Shown here: positions 15,386 to 30,212 of the stretch, in pieces
Layout of the letters: every line of letters starts with the position of its first letter
How positions within the stretch are numbered: position 1 is the first letter of the stretch
Origin: the human T2T-CHM13v2.0 reference genome, Homo sapiens
Strand: one strand, 5' to 3'
DNA length: 64,000 bases
Assembly (NCBI RefSeq): GCF_009914755.1
Contig: NC_060932.1
The notes under the pieces: generated by a model
The model's database searches: none
What the model was told of the DNA's origin: nothing
The model's input: only the letters and a program-made list of their open reading frames with translations
Position numbers and translations under genes: made by a program

Positions 15386-17963
15386 ACACTGCACAAACCG
15401 ATGATCATTCTGGAATATGTGTCCTATTAACACAGGGCAAGAGGGAGGCATTTGCTAGTGTAACTGTTTACTAAATCGTTCCCTAAAGACTGATCACACT
15501 TCTTTACCCAATAAAATCCAGCCAGTAAAGAATCATAGTAAGTATTTATTTAATGTGTTGATGTTCAAAATGTGTTGCATTAAAAGTGAGCTTTTTAAAA
15601 GGCCTACGAGACACCCAATGGCTGCACACATATTGTTCCCACTGAAGGGACAACCATTTTTAAGTAGGTCACACATAGTAATGCCACGTAATTTAAAGTG
15701 TGATGACTAACAACACATTTGAAAGCGGAAGCCAATTTATTGTTACAATTTCTAAACTGGTGCAGACATACAGACTATGATTGTTGAGCCTTGTTTTTAA
15801 CAGTAAAAATTGAATTTCAACTCCCCTTTCTCCCAGCTGCGGTATTGAACTTAAACGTCTACTAGATCGGTGGGTGGACGATCAAAGAACATTTAAAACA
15901 TTTTAACTTTACTACCCACAAGGAGGTGGGAGTAATATGTCAGTGGGACTAAAATGTATGTGACAGAGTCTTAAGAGATTCCCTAACTAGACAAGAAGCT
16001 GGTTGTTCCCTTTTTTAAAGCAGCAGCACTCACCCTTACCTTTGCTCAGTCTACTTTTTAGAGCTGGCAAATAGAATAAAAGAGTTAAATCAGAATCTAA
16101 AAATATCCATGTTCTTATATGTTCTGTTTCCAGTGCAGTTGAAAACACTAATCACAGTTGATAATCTGAGATTTCTCTTATCTAGATGGCCTTGTAAAAG
16201 GTTTCCCTTCAAGTGAGTAATACGTAATCCACACTAAGAATAAACTTAATCTTTAAAAAATGGAAAACATTAATTCTTTCTCTCCATTTCCTCCCCCTTC
16301 ATTTCCACCCAAAGGAAGTACAGATGTGAATAAATGTATCTAAATATAATCATTAGAGAAAGATGTCAATCTCATTTCCAAAAGACTGAAACCAAGTAGG
16401 AGGAGAAAGAAGAAGCAATAATGGATGAGGGAGAAAAGCATACTGACCTCTTCGGCCTGGGATGCCCTGAGGCTGCCTCTGACCAGCGCCCCCTTCCATC
16501 TGCCTAAATCTCATCTATCTATAGAGCCCATTCAAATTCTATCACTCCCAAGGAGCATTACTGGAGTACAATATGCCCTCCAAACTCTAATTTTCTGAAC
16601 TATTTCAGCACCCGTTATGCGAACCCCACAATGAGCAACAATTATAGAATGCCGTATGTCCCTTGCTAGCTGTTTTACATGTTATCAGTTTTGTTTCCCT
16701 ATTTAAACCATTAAGATGAAGAACATGCAACATAACTCATACTTTTAAAATGTTTTCCATAATACTGGCATGCAAATGGACAAACAGGTGCTTGAGAAAA
16801 ACAAAGAAACAAACGAACAAACAAACCATGCTCCGTTGAATTGACACAGCAAAACTCATGCCTCTTAAGAGTGACCCACAGTATTTCCTCCGTGGGCAGT
16901 GCATGAACCCAGGAGCACATGAAGGACATGTGGCTGCAGATGACACGTGTGTTCTAGCTTGTTTGAAAAGCCCAGGTGTAACGATCAATATTACTGTTAT
17001 TGTTACTCTCTGCATAGAAAGCTAAGTGCCATAAGTAATACTTAGGAATGAGCTGTCATGCAAACTCTGCAAATGCCTTTGTGCATATATGGATTTAATT
17101 TTTCTTTCATTTTTGCATTCATCATCCAGTGCACTTTCTCATTTTATAGAAAGTCATTAAAAAGATCTTCAGTAGCTATTTTAATATAATCTAAGTTAGT
17201 TCCTTAGGCGTTTCTCTACTGAAGATCAATTAAATGCTTAGCACAGAGCGACATCCTGAAAGAAATACAAAAAGACATATGACAGAGTTCCCTTTCTATT
17301 TTGAGGTGGGGGAAAAAAACCCTGTTCCTTCTGTATCTCCAGTACCATCTCTCCCGAGGCCTTCCATACACTAATGGTTCAAAGAATATGTCAGTGGCAC
17401 TGCACTGTTTACAGATTAATGACATTGGTAAGTATAAACATAGCAAAGTACGGTAGCCTTTTTAAAATAAACTATCATATGAAAGCCAAGTACATAAAAA
17501 TAAATACATTTTAAGAACACATTTTTAATTCTGACTTAAATTTCTAGAAGATTTGATTTTCCCTGACATTGTCACTGAAAAATCATTTATTGATTTTAAA
17601 TCTCTCATGTTTCCTGAGGCAGAAATTAATTTAATGTGATTGGCAACTTCCGTTTCCATACACAATGGAATACCTAAGGAAGCTTCCAGTAGTCACAGCA
17701 GTGAAACACTATCACAGCCATATGAACTCAAGTAAAGATCTGTAAACTTACATGTCTACAGTTATACAGAAAATTATTCTTTTGAGGGTTAATGATAATA
17801 GACATAAGAAGAATGAAAATACTAAAAAGAAGATGAAAATATGAGCCTAGGGTTTGGATTCTTTATAAGCAGGTAGGGGTGGAAGAATCATGTGGATTAG
17901 AGATCTCAGCATCAGGACGAGTAGAGGGGTAATGCCTGTCACCAAGGCTATTACAGCGGTCTA

Positions 17964-18377
<414 letters not shown>

Positions 18378-20633
18378 ATTCTTTCTGCTGGTGGGGACCT
18401 GGCGGGGGAAGTGTAGAGAGTTAATGTGGGCACGTAATTCCTCATTTGAGAAAGATACATGGGCTTAACAAATGATTCAAGAACAAATAAGCTTATTAAT
18501 AAATGGAAAAATAAATGAAGGCATGAATAAAAGCAGCAAGGAAATAACATATAACTAACTAACAGTCTGCGTCCCTGGATATAAGGAGAAATATGTGGTC
18601 AAAGAACAATCGTAACAACTAGATGGGAACAATGGGAGATGTGGAATGGGCAGGTGGGCTTAGGCAAAATTAGTGGCTCAGAAAAGAAAGAAAAAGAAAA
18701 GTCATGTAAAAGGATTTTAAAAGACAAAGTGAACAGAATTCTACCATGTTGGGAATCATTGAGCAAATCTAATTTCCTTGTTCTTTTCTACCAAATAAAC
18801 TTCCATTAAAGTTTTCAGTGCAGCAAACAGGTTCTACGTATTGGCTCCCCATCATATTTCCTATGTAACCCATGCCTGGAGTAAGCCTCTACTCCAATCC
18901 ACCCAAATTCTATCCATCCTTTAGGTCTAACGCGACGCAAGCCCCCCAAGAACTCTTTTATTTTTTAGGAAACTTAGAATATAGTAATCTTTCTCTTTTC
19001 CTGCAGTCAGCTTTTGGAAGAGGGGCTACAAACAGACAAGGGACAGAAATATCAAAAGGAGAAAATATAAGTAGGATCAGATCTTCAAAGAACTGAATAT
19101 TATAGATTTCCTTGGTTGGGGTCAGAAGAAAGATGAAAAACAAAGTATTCCAATCCCACTTTGTCCTAAAGGGGAGAAATCCATTATACTTCCTTCAAGC
19201 GGGCTAGCTTTTGATTTCTGGAACCACTGGGGACAATGGGCTTGGCATTCTTTTCTATCACCCTCCCACCTCATGTTCCACTTTCCCCTCTTTTGAGAGA
19301 CGGGGACATCTAAAATGGAGTCAGTACATGTCCCAAAGTAAAGGACAGCCAGGGACAGGAAGAAGAAGACCCACTGAAAGGAACTTTTATTTTTCCTTTT
19401 TGTTTTATTATTATTTTTAATGAATTCCTCCAGCACTAAACCTGTAAGATGAACAGATATCATCTCCTAGGTTATTGGCCAAGAACACACTGCCTCAATA
19501 CCAAATAAGATATAATGCAGAGACTCTAGGCAACTCCCGAAGAAACAAGTTATAAAAGAGAGGGGAAGCAAAATTAGTGGCACCAATGGCAATGACGCAA
19601 AGAAAAAGAAAAAGGAAAGAAATGCCAAGCTGTAGCCAGGCAATGCAATGTAAAACCATTGCTTCATGTCCCGCCCACTTCCACACCCACTGAGAGTGCT
19701 GTTCTTGGGGACTAGAAAACAGCTTGAGGTAACAACAGAAGAATCAATGCCAAGCCATACTTATCTCTCAGCCAAGACACTAACCTCACAGTTCATGGAC
19801 GTTATTGAAAGACAGAAGACAAACACAAGAGGAGAAGATGAATGTGGTTCTCTCCTGCCTTGTCCACCACTTCCCTAAACCCAGAAAGGCACTCCTGTGC
19901 CAAATCTGTTTAAAAATCATATGAATCACTGGCCTCTGTTTCTTTTATGCATTTATTGTAGACCAGCCTACACTGACATCGATGAGCTAGTGAGATATTG
20001 CCAAGTAATAAGCAGCCAGAGACATTAAGTTACTGAACTTTAATGAAATAACAGCTTAGAATTTAAAGACAAAGAAATGTCTTTTATCGTCTTCCACATA
20101 CAGAAAAGGAACATAGCTGCTTAAAAGATCCACTGTAATTCCCCAATATTCTCTTGTATCCTTATTTTAATATCAACTGCTGTATAGCTGATTATAATCA
20201 TTACGTTATTATATCAAACCCTAAATATAGAGGTTTAAATAAACTACAGGATTATCTGCTACCTAGAACTAGGCCCAAATCTCCATCCATTCCCATGACT
20301 TTAATTCATGCTCATGGCGAAAGATTTCCAAACAATTCTATCTTCTCATCTCAGAGTCTATTAGAACATGAACTCGATGTCTGTTCTGTTGCATCTTTAT
20401 AACCCCTAGAACATGCTTAATAGGTATCAACTGAATGAACCTAGGTCTAATGAAATCTCAGATTCAGCTTATGCAAAATACCTTCATTCCAACTAAACCA
20501 AAACTACTATCTTAATGTTCCAACCACGCTTCGGGGCTCTAACTTTAGATAGTCTTAACTCATCCCTGTCCTTTATTTCCACTATCCAGACAGTCCACCA
20601 TCTAGGAAATTTTCTTTAGAAAATAAATTGCTA

Positions 20634-21260
<627 letters not shown>

Positions 21261-21277
21261 AAATTAAAAAAAAAATC

Positions 21278-21279
<2 letters not shown>

Positions 21280-21320
<41 letters not shown>

Positions 21321-21331
21321 GCACACACACA
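21280..21331. repeat. (CA)n microsatellite
   Basis: Long CA run with CG interruptions. Confidence 0.95.
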
Positions 21332-21669
21332 CCCCTCTTATTCATCTTTACCTCTCTGCCACAACCCTCCCCTACTACACTATTCCAGGCTGGCTATCAT
21401 TACCCATATTTTGGCAGTCCTGTCTAAGCTGGACTTTTTACTTTCAGTGTCTGCATACCAGTTACAGACGAAAAGTCTCTTTTGCTCAGAAGTTATTTAT
21501 ACTTCCCTATTACCCACCTACTCTCCCAAGTAAAATTATGCTCTTAAGGAAAACCATTCAAAGTCCAAGTTTGTAACATATCCCACCCATCGAGTTGGCC
21601 TCCTCATTGCCCTACTAGTCTACTAAGCTACTTTCTAGACTTATATTTAACCCATTTTTATCCATTTAG

Positions 21670-21781
21670 TCTATTAGAACACATATTCCATGAGGGCAGG
21701 GATTTTTCACTGTTATATCTTCACCACCTAGATCAATGCCTGAAGACTGGACCCTTAAATATTTGCTGAATGAATGAATGA
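21670..21781 (+). mobile_element. L2 3' end
   Basis: ttccatgagggcaggga...aaatatttgctgaatgaatgaatga is the canonical L2 terminus. Confidence 0.8.
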
Positions 21782-22019
21782 TTTTATGAAAAACAGAAAA
21801 AAAAAAGCGGAGAAAGGGAAGTAGAAGAGAGAGTGTTAAACTTCACAAAGGAGTTTATCATTATAGGTTCAGGTCAAGTCCCACTTTCACTCATCACTTC
21901 AGCCTTCACTGATTTCTCTCTTCTCTGATTTTCCATGGAATTTCTGCACCATACAATTGAGCACTGAAATACTCATTGCAAGAATTCAATGAAAAGTTGA
22001 GAACCTCCTATCCACCAAA

Positions 22020-22400
22020 CTCTGCACAGCACAGACATGGTTTATGCCTTCTCCAAACTTATAGTCTCATAGAAACATTCAACAAAGTCAATTAAAAACC
22101 AGCTACCACAGGTGCACATAGAAAGAACACTTAGACTTTGATGACAGGGAAGGCTTCTCAGAGGAAGGGACAGCTAACGGAAGACTTGAAGGGTGAGTAT
22201 GAGTTACCCAGACAAAAAGGAGGGAGGAGTGTTTCAGGCAGAGGAAACAGCATGGATGGAGACTTAGAGGCAAGACAGAGTGTTTAGGAAAAGTGTTTGG
22301 GAATTGAAGGAAGTTCAGTGGTTCTGGAGTACATGGGCAGCAAAGAGCCAAAGCTGCTGGGGTGGGCAAGGACCAGACTTTCAAGGGCCAAGCAGTCACC
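22020..22400 (-). mobile_element. L2 fragment
   Basis: cagggaaggcttctcagaggaag...tgtttcaggcagaggaaacagcatg. Confidence 0.75.
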
Positions 22401-22427
22401 TTGAGTTACGCTGCGTGAGCTAAAAAT

Positions 22428-22557
22428 GTGAGTTATGTGAAGTCATGCATAAGTTAATTAGCTCGATTTAGCCATTCCAAAATGTATACAGATTTCAAAA
22501 CATGTTGTACATGACAAATATAATCTTTATATGTCAATTAAAACTTTTGAAAAAAAA
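22428..22557 (+). mobile_element. L1MA 3' terminal fragment
   Basis: gttaattagctcgatttagccattcca...catgttgtacatgacaaatata...tgtcaattaaaa followed by an A tail. Confidence 0.75.
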
Positions 22558-24709
22558 GCTATGAAAATGAATATGAAAGGGAAGCTGGGAAGGGGAAGGG
22601 GACAGAGAGGGTGGACGCCTCACATGTCAGTTCTGCTTCTCAGTTATTCTGGAAGATTTCTTTTAAGAAAAGCAGAGATCTGGTTTCAGGCTTTCTCTGT
22701 ATCTCAAAATGTCTGTTCAAAAAATGTGGAATTCACAAGAAAACCTGTTGATTTGAAAACTTTGATTCTTCCTGCACCTTTCCCACCCAAAGAAAAAGAA
22801 CAGCTGTAAAATTTAACAACTAACAGAGATTAATAAGCAATTTTTAACGCTAGAGACTTCATCAACTATAAGAACCTTATGTCCCTTTCAATTTTCTTCC
22901 CCTTTGAGACTCTGAACTAGTCAGTAGAGATTTCTGAACCACACGTCCCCCACAATCCACAAACCTATAAATTTTCATAATTATGCATTCTGTAAAAGCT
23001 TAAGCAATGAGCTAAGGAAACAGCTCTAAGTGGTTCTGATTTCAATTTCTCTGTTGCATCAGATTAACTGACTCCTTTAACCCACAGCAGTGTCTAACAT
23101 TAGTCCATACTCAATACCAAGTTCAAGTCAAATGTGGGACCTTGTGTAAGGTTCTTACCCAAAATTATTTCAAGATGAAGAGGGCTGTATCTAGACTTAT
23201 GCAGTTCTCCTAAGAACATGCCACCACATTAAATAAAAGTAGCATGCAACAACCATAAAACGAATAAACAAAAGTCAAAGCTCCTAAGACAAAAAAGGGT
23301 ACAATGCAGGTTCCTATGTAAGGTATAGATTTTAACTGGATAATTTTTAGTAATTGTATATCAAGAAAAGATACCCAACATCTGTCTCATGTATTACCTT
23401 CAAAAACTCTTCTTTCTCTAAATAGCTTGCACTCTCTCTGGGCCATGAATGAAATGAGGCCACTGTGAGAAATTACAAATGCCATTCTGGAGGAAAATCC
23501 TTCACATCCCTATCTCGAGCCTACTACACAGGAGAAGGAAATAAATCCTCATGCTAAACCTTCCACTGAGGAAATTACTAATTCAATTTCTCTTACCAAC
23601 GTTGCTACAATGCACTAAACATTTCTACCCAGTAAAAACTCTTATTTATCACATTCATTTATTTCCATTTTAATTAGAATAGCAAAGCCTACATTCCATA
23701 AAGACTGGAAAAGGAAGAAAGCATCATAAAGCAAAAAAAGCTTCCTCATTTTTGAAACAGGAATATCATACGGGATACTAGCTACTGACTTTCAAAAATA
23801 AGAAATATGCTCAAGTATTGCCTCTTTCTAATGACAAGTAATATGCTGTGTTTTTCCCAAGGCACCACTTCTTTTGAGATATTTTGACTATGAAATGTTT
23901 CCGTGGGACAGCTCTAAAAAATCTGCATTTATTCCACAATCACACAACAATAAAATGAGGACCTGACCTTCTAGGTATGAAGGTACCACAGCACAATCAT
24001 CAACACTGCTACCAAATCTCATCTGCTAATATGTAAAATGTCTCCTTCTCCAGCTGACAAGCGGTAAGTATTCTCCAATATAAACAAACATATACACCCC
24101 ACGTTATAACTAAAACATTATCTAGCTTTGACTTGTCATTGTGGAGGAAATACAAAAACCCTTTATATATAAATATTAATGAGATGACCATGCCTTATAG
24201 TTGAACTAGCAATCTGATCTTTAACGAAGTTGACCCTTAGTACCTCTGAGGAAAGATAAAGAAAAGATACACTATATCCATTGTTACATTCACTGGCCTT
24301 TCATCCATCCACTCAAAAAGTATTTATTGATCACTTTCTATGTGCCAGATACTGTACGCTATACACTGTTTACACATATTTTTGGCTTCTATCCCTTAAA
24401 ATACCAGTAGCAGCTAATTGCCTCAGCTGTAACAACCAAATAGATCTCCAAACATTGCCAGATGTCCTTTGGGAAGCCTTGTCTTAGAGTTTAAGATTCT
24501 GTGGGCACTGTTTTTCAGAAATTTAAGATATAACTGAAAGACAAGATGTGTGTACTTGAAATATATGAAAACACTGAACAAATAAATAGCCGATAATAAC
24601 ATTTTAGAGTTGGCAAGATGGCTACCAAAAAAAAAATCACATGTACCTAGCTAAGGTCAAAAGTAATGTTTATTTTTAAATAAAACTTTAAAAAGATAAT
24701 TTCTTTCTA

Positions 24710-24997
<288 letters not shown>

Positions 24998-26069
24998 CCT
25001 TCTTCATCACATAGCAAAACATTTATTCTGACTATGGACTAATGCACTCATGGAGTCAGTGTTAAAAAATAAAGACCAGAAGGATGGAAACAGCAAACAA
25101 ATCATGAAAGTGACATTGGAAGATTCTGCCAATTAAGAAAGGCAACTTAGATTCTCTATACCCTTCCTCTTTTATCTATTTGATACTTAAAATTTACTGC
25201 CCTGTATCAAACATGATCTCAGTAATTCTTTTTTAATCAACTGTTTAGGACAGCTTGAGGAAAGGAATTGCTAGGCAGAAAGACAACAGGAGAAACAATA
25301 AATCTTTTAAGTACAAAAAACTGACAACGAAATGAGAAAAATACTACCTTGTGTGCTCAAAGGAAATTGCTTATAGAAACTGAAACCAGGACTCAGAACA
25401 GTCATGTGTTCTACTCAGGAAATTAAAAGTTGTACTTTTAAAAAGGGTTTCAGATCCTTCCAGAAAATCTAAAATAAAACTAGGTAACTACCTTCCAGGT
25501 TTTCCTGGGAACACTTGCCATTTGAACAGAAAATACACATTGCAAACTCTCCTTGGAGTGTCTGGGTCTTTGCTTTTAAATAAAAATGTTTACCCTAGAT
25601 CCTTCTGCTTTGTTTTCTGCCCATCAGTGAGTAGGATGCACAGCTATTCGAGGAGTCTGAGAGGTCACTATGGTTTAATGGGTAGCAGGAAATATTCTTT
25701 AGGGAAAATAAGTCATCTTTTTTCCACTGTTTTTCTTTTGAGAGAGACAAGTAATTTTCTGTCTCTCATATACAACTAGAAGAAAATGGTATCACTGTGC
25801 CCCTCAGAGAAATGTCCCCCTAGGAGCATTTCAGGAGAGTCACCTGCTTCAAGTGAGGACAAATATAAAGCTGGTAAAAAAACAACCCTCCTCCCCCCCG
25901 AAAAAAAAACCCACTAACTACAAAGCAAGAAATAGCGACTGAAGAATGCCTAACGAACTCGTACTAAAACAAAATACTGATTGTAGATGGACATACGGAG
26001 TCATAGAACTATCTGGACACACCGTAAACAGATATGAGAAAAGAAGGAAGATTAGGAAGCTACAAATCC

Positions 26070-26577
26070 TGTCTCAGTAATCTATTGCTCTGTAACAAGC
26101 TACCCCAAAAGCGAGGGGCTTTAAATCATCATCAGTTCATTTGCTAGAGATTCTGCACAAGTGCAGTCTGGGGCAGAACTCAGTGAGAACAGGATGTCTC
26201 AACCCCATGTGCTAATGGCCGAGCTGACCTGGGGCTGGAGGATCCAAGATGCCCCAGTCCAATGTATGAGCATGGTGCCAGCTGCAAGCTGGAGCACCTT
26301 GATGCTCCTACACATGGCTTCTCCCTCCAGCAGGATATCTTGAGCTTCCTTCCTTACATGGTGGCTCCGAAACTGCCAGGCCTCTTAAGGCCTGCCGTTA
26401 CAACAGCACCACTTCTGCCACATTCTGTCACACAAACCAGCCCAGGCTTCGGCGGGAGGGGAAATAGACTCTACACTCCTGATGAATGGAACAACGTGTT
26501 CGTGCAGGGATGGGAGAACTCCAAGTGATCATTTCTTCCTTTTTTTTTTATTTTTTTTTCACAGATATTCTACCACA
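26070..26577 (-). mobile_element. MLT1 (ERVL-MaLR) solo LTR
   Basis: tgtctcagtaatctattgctctgtaacaa...ttctaccaca are reverse-strand MLT1 termini. Confidence 0.7.
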
Positions 26578-27887
26578 AGCCCCACTATTGTGAACCACGA
26601 TAATATAAAATGAAATTAGGAAAAAGATAAGATGACCGGGATGAAGTACCTTGCCTACACACGCCCCCTCCCTATCACCACCATCTTCTGCCCTTGACTC
26701 TTCAACCAACGAAGGAGAGAAAAGAAAGAAGAGAATGAAACGTGCAATGCAGACTATAGCATCACGGACAGCAGCGTTGGTTACAACATCTTATTAGGGT
26801 CCTTTAAAAATACACAAAGAGAACAAATGAAGGAGAACCTAGAACCACCACTTACTGCTTTTTCTTATGACTTTTGGCTCAATGTATGTTTTACACAAAA
26901 AGAAATGCTACAAGGATTTGGTACCAGGTAAACAATATATAAATTGTTAGGGAAAAAAGGAAAATCTCTTTTTTTAAAAAATGAGAGGTTCTACTTTTTA
27001 GGGTCATAATTGTATAAGTTCAATGTTTCTAGCATATCTTTCTAGAAGAAAGACTAGAACAGCCACAGGTGAAAAAGGAAACTGATAAATGGAGGGGGTA
27101 ATACAGTAGATCCTGTGACGACATCCTTTATCCTGCACTAAAAGTGCAATGCTGCAGAATGCCATCCCCCTCTTGAAATCCTGACTCTTTGAGAATAGCA
27201 AATGGTGGTATTACTCATGCATGACCTTTGCCAAAAAGTGGCTGGCAGATGGGTTTGCCCAGCAAAGTGGAGATGTGATGAGATTATTCTGAGTCCCTAT
27301 GCAAGTAGCCCAGTTGAGCCTGGACAAGAATTTCACTGGATCAGAGGCTTTTTACTTTCACAGAACGTAGACAAATGTGCCATGTCACAATGGCTTCCAC
27401 TCACGTCCTGGTTTATCATCATTCCTCCCTCCACTCCTCAACAGAAACCAAAAAAAAGGCAATTATCTTTCTTCCAGCTACAGATGTTAATCCTCAACTA
27501 ACATCCCATACCGGCAGTGTCTGCAATGTAGTAGAAAGGCTTTGAAGCCTGCAAATCATTTAGGACCAAAAGGAGGAAATCCAAGTCCAATTATGGGAAA
27601 ATGAAAAAAAGAAAAAGAGCAGAAAAGCCCTTCAAATCAGACCACACAGAAGGCCAAAACCACAGATGAAAGGAACTGAGAAGCTATGGGTTTTTTTTGC
27701 TGCCTTTTAAATACAGACCCCTAGGCAAAGGCAGCACTTATTTAACATATCCACAGGTATTAAAGTCTATAACATATAAGGTGCTAGAAAAATAATTTCA
27801 GTGATTGTTACTTATGGGTCTAGATAATTCTTAATATTGACAAACATTGGTATCCATGTAAAAGACAAAAGTAGAAAATATCACTAA

Positions 27888-28030
27888 ACTTGGAGGTAGA
27901 AACCAGACTTGAATTCTGCCTCTATGTATAGCCTTTGGAAAATTACTTTTTGTTTCAAAGCCCAAGTTTCTTCATCTATAAAAATATGGATTAAAAATAC
28001 CTTCATTCAAAGAGTTGTACTATAACTTTT
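27888..28030 (+). mobile_element. MIR
   Basis: gcccaagtttcttcatctataaaaat matches the MIR core. Confidence 0.55.
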
Positions 28031-28792
28031 CAATGAAATTCATGTATATGTCTGAAAAACAGTATCTAATAAATATAAACTGTGTATGATTCTGATCTTT
28101 AATACAGATTAAGACTCCCAAGTAAAAGTCCTTTTTCTTTTTTTAAATCATGGAAAAGACACAAATTTTGTTGTCACAAGATGATGGTTCAATGGTTCTA
28201 GGTCAGATTTTGTTCCTCCTGGCAAGATGATCTTGGGTAAGTCTTTTCTCTTTCCAAGTCCTAGGTTCTCCATTTCATTTATTTGCTTGTAAACCTGAAT
28301 TCATTTGGAGGCACTAACAGTAAACACGGCAAATAAAGTCCCCGCCCTTATGGAACTTAGCAAGTCATGAGGAGACCTAAAAGCAACGAATGTACAGTGT
28401 TGGCTACTGTTTTCTAAACGATGAGGTGACTGGGTTAGAATATCTTCAAGACCCTCTCCAGCTTTAAGCCTGTGAACCCGTAACTGTAAATATAAAAGTC
28501 AACAAAAAGAAGGAAGACCACAGTTTCTCATTCTGATGTTTTGTAAGGTGTTAAATCATTTTTTCTCAAGCCAAAATCAAAAGCTTCCAGAGAACAGCAA
28601 TACCATTACAAAGGCTTTCTGAATTAAAAACGAACAGTCCTCATCTCAGTTGAAAACTTAAAATTCTACTGTTAAAGGGAAAATCAAGTCCTCACATCAA
28701 AGACTGTGCCCTTTATCCCCTTGAAAGCAATAATTCAGAGTAATATTGGCACATACGCCGAGGACCACTCATGCCTTAGCATACAGAATCAG

Positions 28793-29096
28793 AAACTGTT
28801 TACTAAAACTAGGGTCTGTTGATTAATCCTACATTCAGTAAGAGTTTGAGAAGGGAATAATCACCAAAAATCCCTAAGTTCTCTCCTCTGATCATCAGTG
28901 GGGCTGTAGTTCAACTCCAGGAAAACACTTTATAGAGATAAGAGGAGACTACTTACCGCCAGGGCAGAAGAGCATGTTGAGATACGGAAATAATGGTGCC
29001 CAAAAACAAGAGATGAAAAAAATTGGGAAAGCTTCACCTAAGAAGAGATAACTATGTTGAATCATAGAAGTAATCTTCAATTATCAGAATGGTCAT
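28793..29096 (+). repeat. Copy A of a local ~300-bp direct duplication
   Basis: Aligns to 30213-30511 at roughly 90% identity by eye, with one 5-bp indel. Confidence 0.92.
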
Positions 29097-29909
29097 TGAG
29101 ATACTCACAATCAGAGTAATACACTGAATGGCGAATGGACGATAAACGTACCCAAGTGGACACACTACTCCCTAGGATAAGATTCCCAGGGGATAGGAAT
29201 GCTTTCTTTGCTGCCTTTACACTTTATATTCTTTATTCGCCCTACAAACATATTTAAGGCTGTAGTAGTTAAATGGAGGGTAGGTTCTACAAGCACAGTT
29301 TTTCTCTGACAGATTTCTATCTCCTGGTAGCATGGTTTTTACTGGCAACCTCAAGTGGGTAAGCCTTACATAAAAAGCTTCAGTTTTCAGAATGAATCAG
29401 ACAAGGACTAAGAAATAATGATCATAAGCAGTTAGAATCAGTACAAATTTATGAGGCTGATGAAACTATGGGAAAACAAAGGATTATTGGATACCAACAA
29501 CAGTTCTTCAAATAATTTTTCAGTGACACAGCACCAGAAACTTTCTGTTTAAGTCAACTAAGAAACACGCACCTGAATAGTAAAATTAAGTTTTAGGAAA
29601 CTTATTTGGCAAATTGAACAAAGATTGTCAAGCAGAATTCATTAAAAATACAAAGAATAAATAAAAACAATTGATTTTTATGGATCTAACTATAAATCTA
29701 ACTAGATATATCTAACTACAAAAAACAATCTAACTATAAATTGTTTTTATGGAAAGTAGCTTCTGACAAATTTCAACTTTCTTAAAACAACGTAGAATTC
29801 CAACAAACTTGAGCACATCTCCTATGCTACAGTTTACCTATTTAAGTATAAGCATAAACCTTATATATCTCACGTAATTTCTATAACCTCCAACTTCCAT
29901 ACTTACAAA

Positions 29910-30150
29910 CTCTGGAATAAGATGCCCTATATTATCCAATCAACACTCTAGCTCTGCCACTTACTGTGAAATTGAAGGCAAGACACTTAACTACTCTGCT
30001 CCTTAGTCTGTTTCTTCTTTATATCTAAAAAGTAAAATAATGGTACCTACCCTCAAGGGTTACTGAAAGAATCAAATGTGTTAATATATTTAAACACTAG
30101 AATAATGCCTGGCACACCATGAAAATTTTTAAATGCTGGGAATTTTATCA
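29910..30150 (+). mobile_element. MIR
   Basis: ctagctctgccacttactgtg...ggtacctaccctcaagggttactgaaagaatcaaatg...tgcctggcaca. Confidence 0.75.
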
Positions 30151-30212
30151 TCAACTGTGTTTATTAGTATACATATTTATAGACGAGTATGTGTTAGTAA
30201 ACACCATTTACT

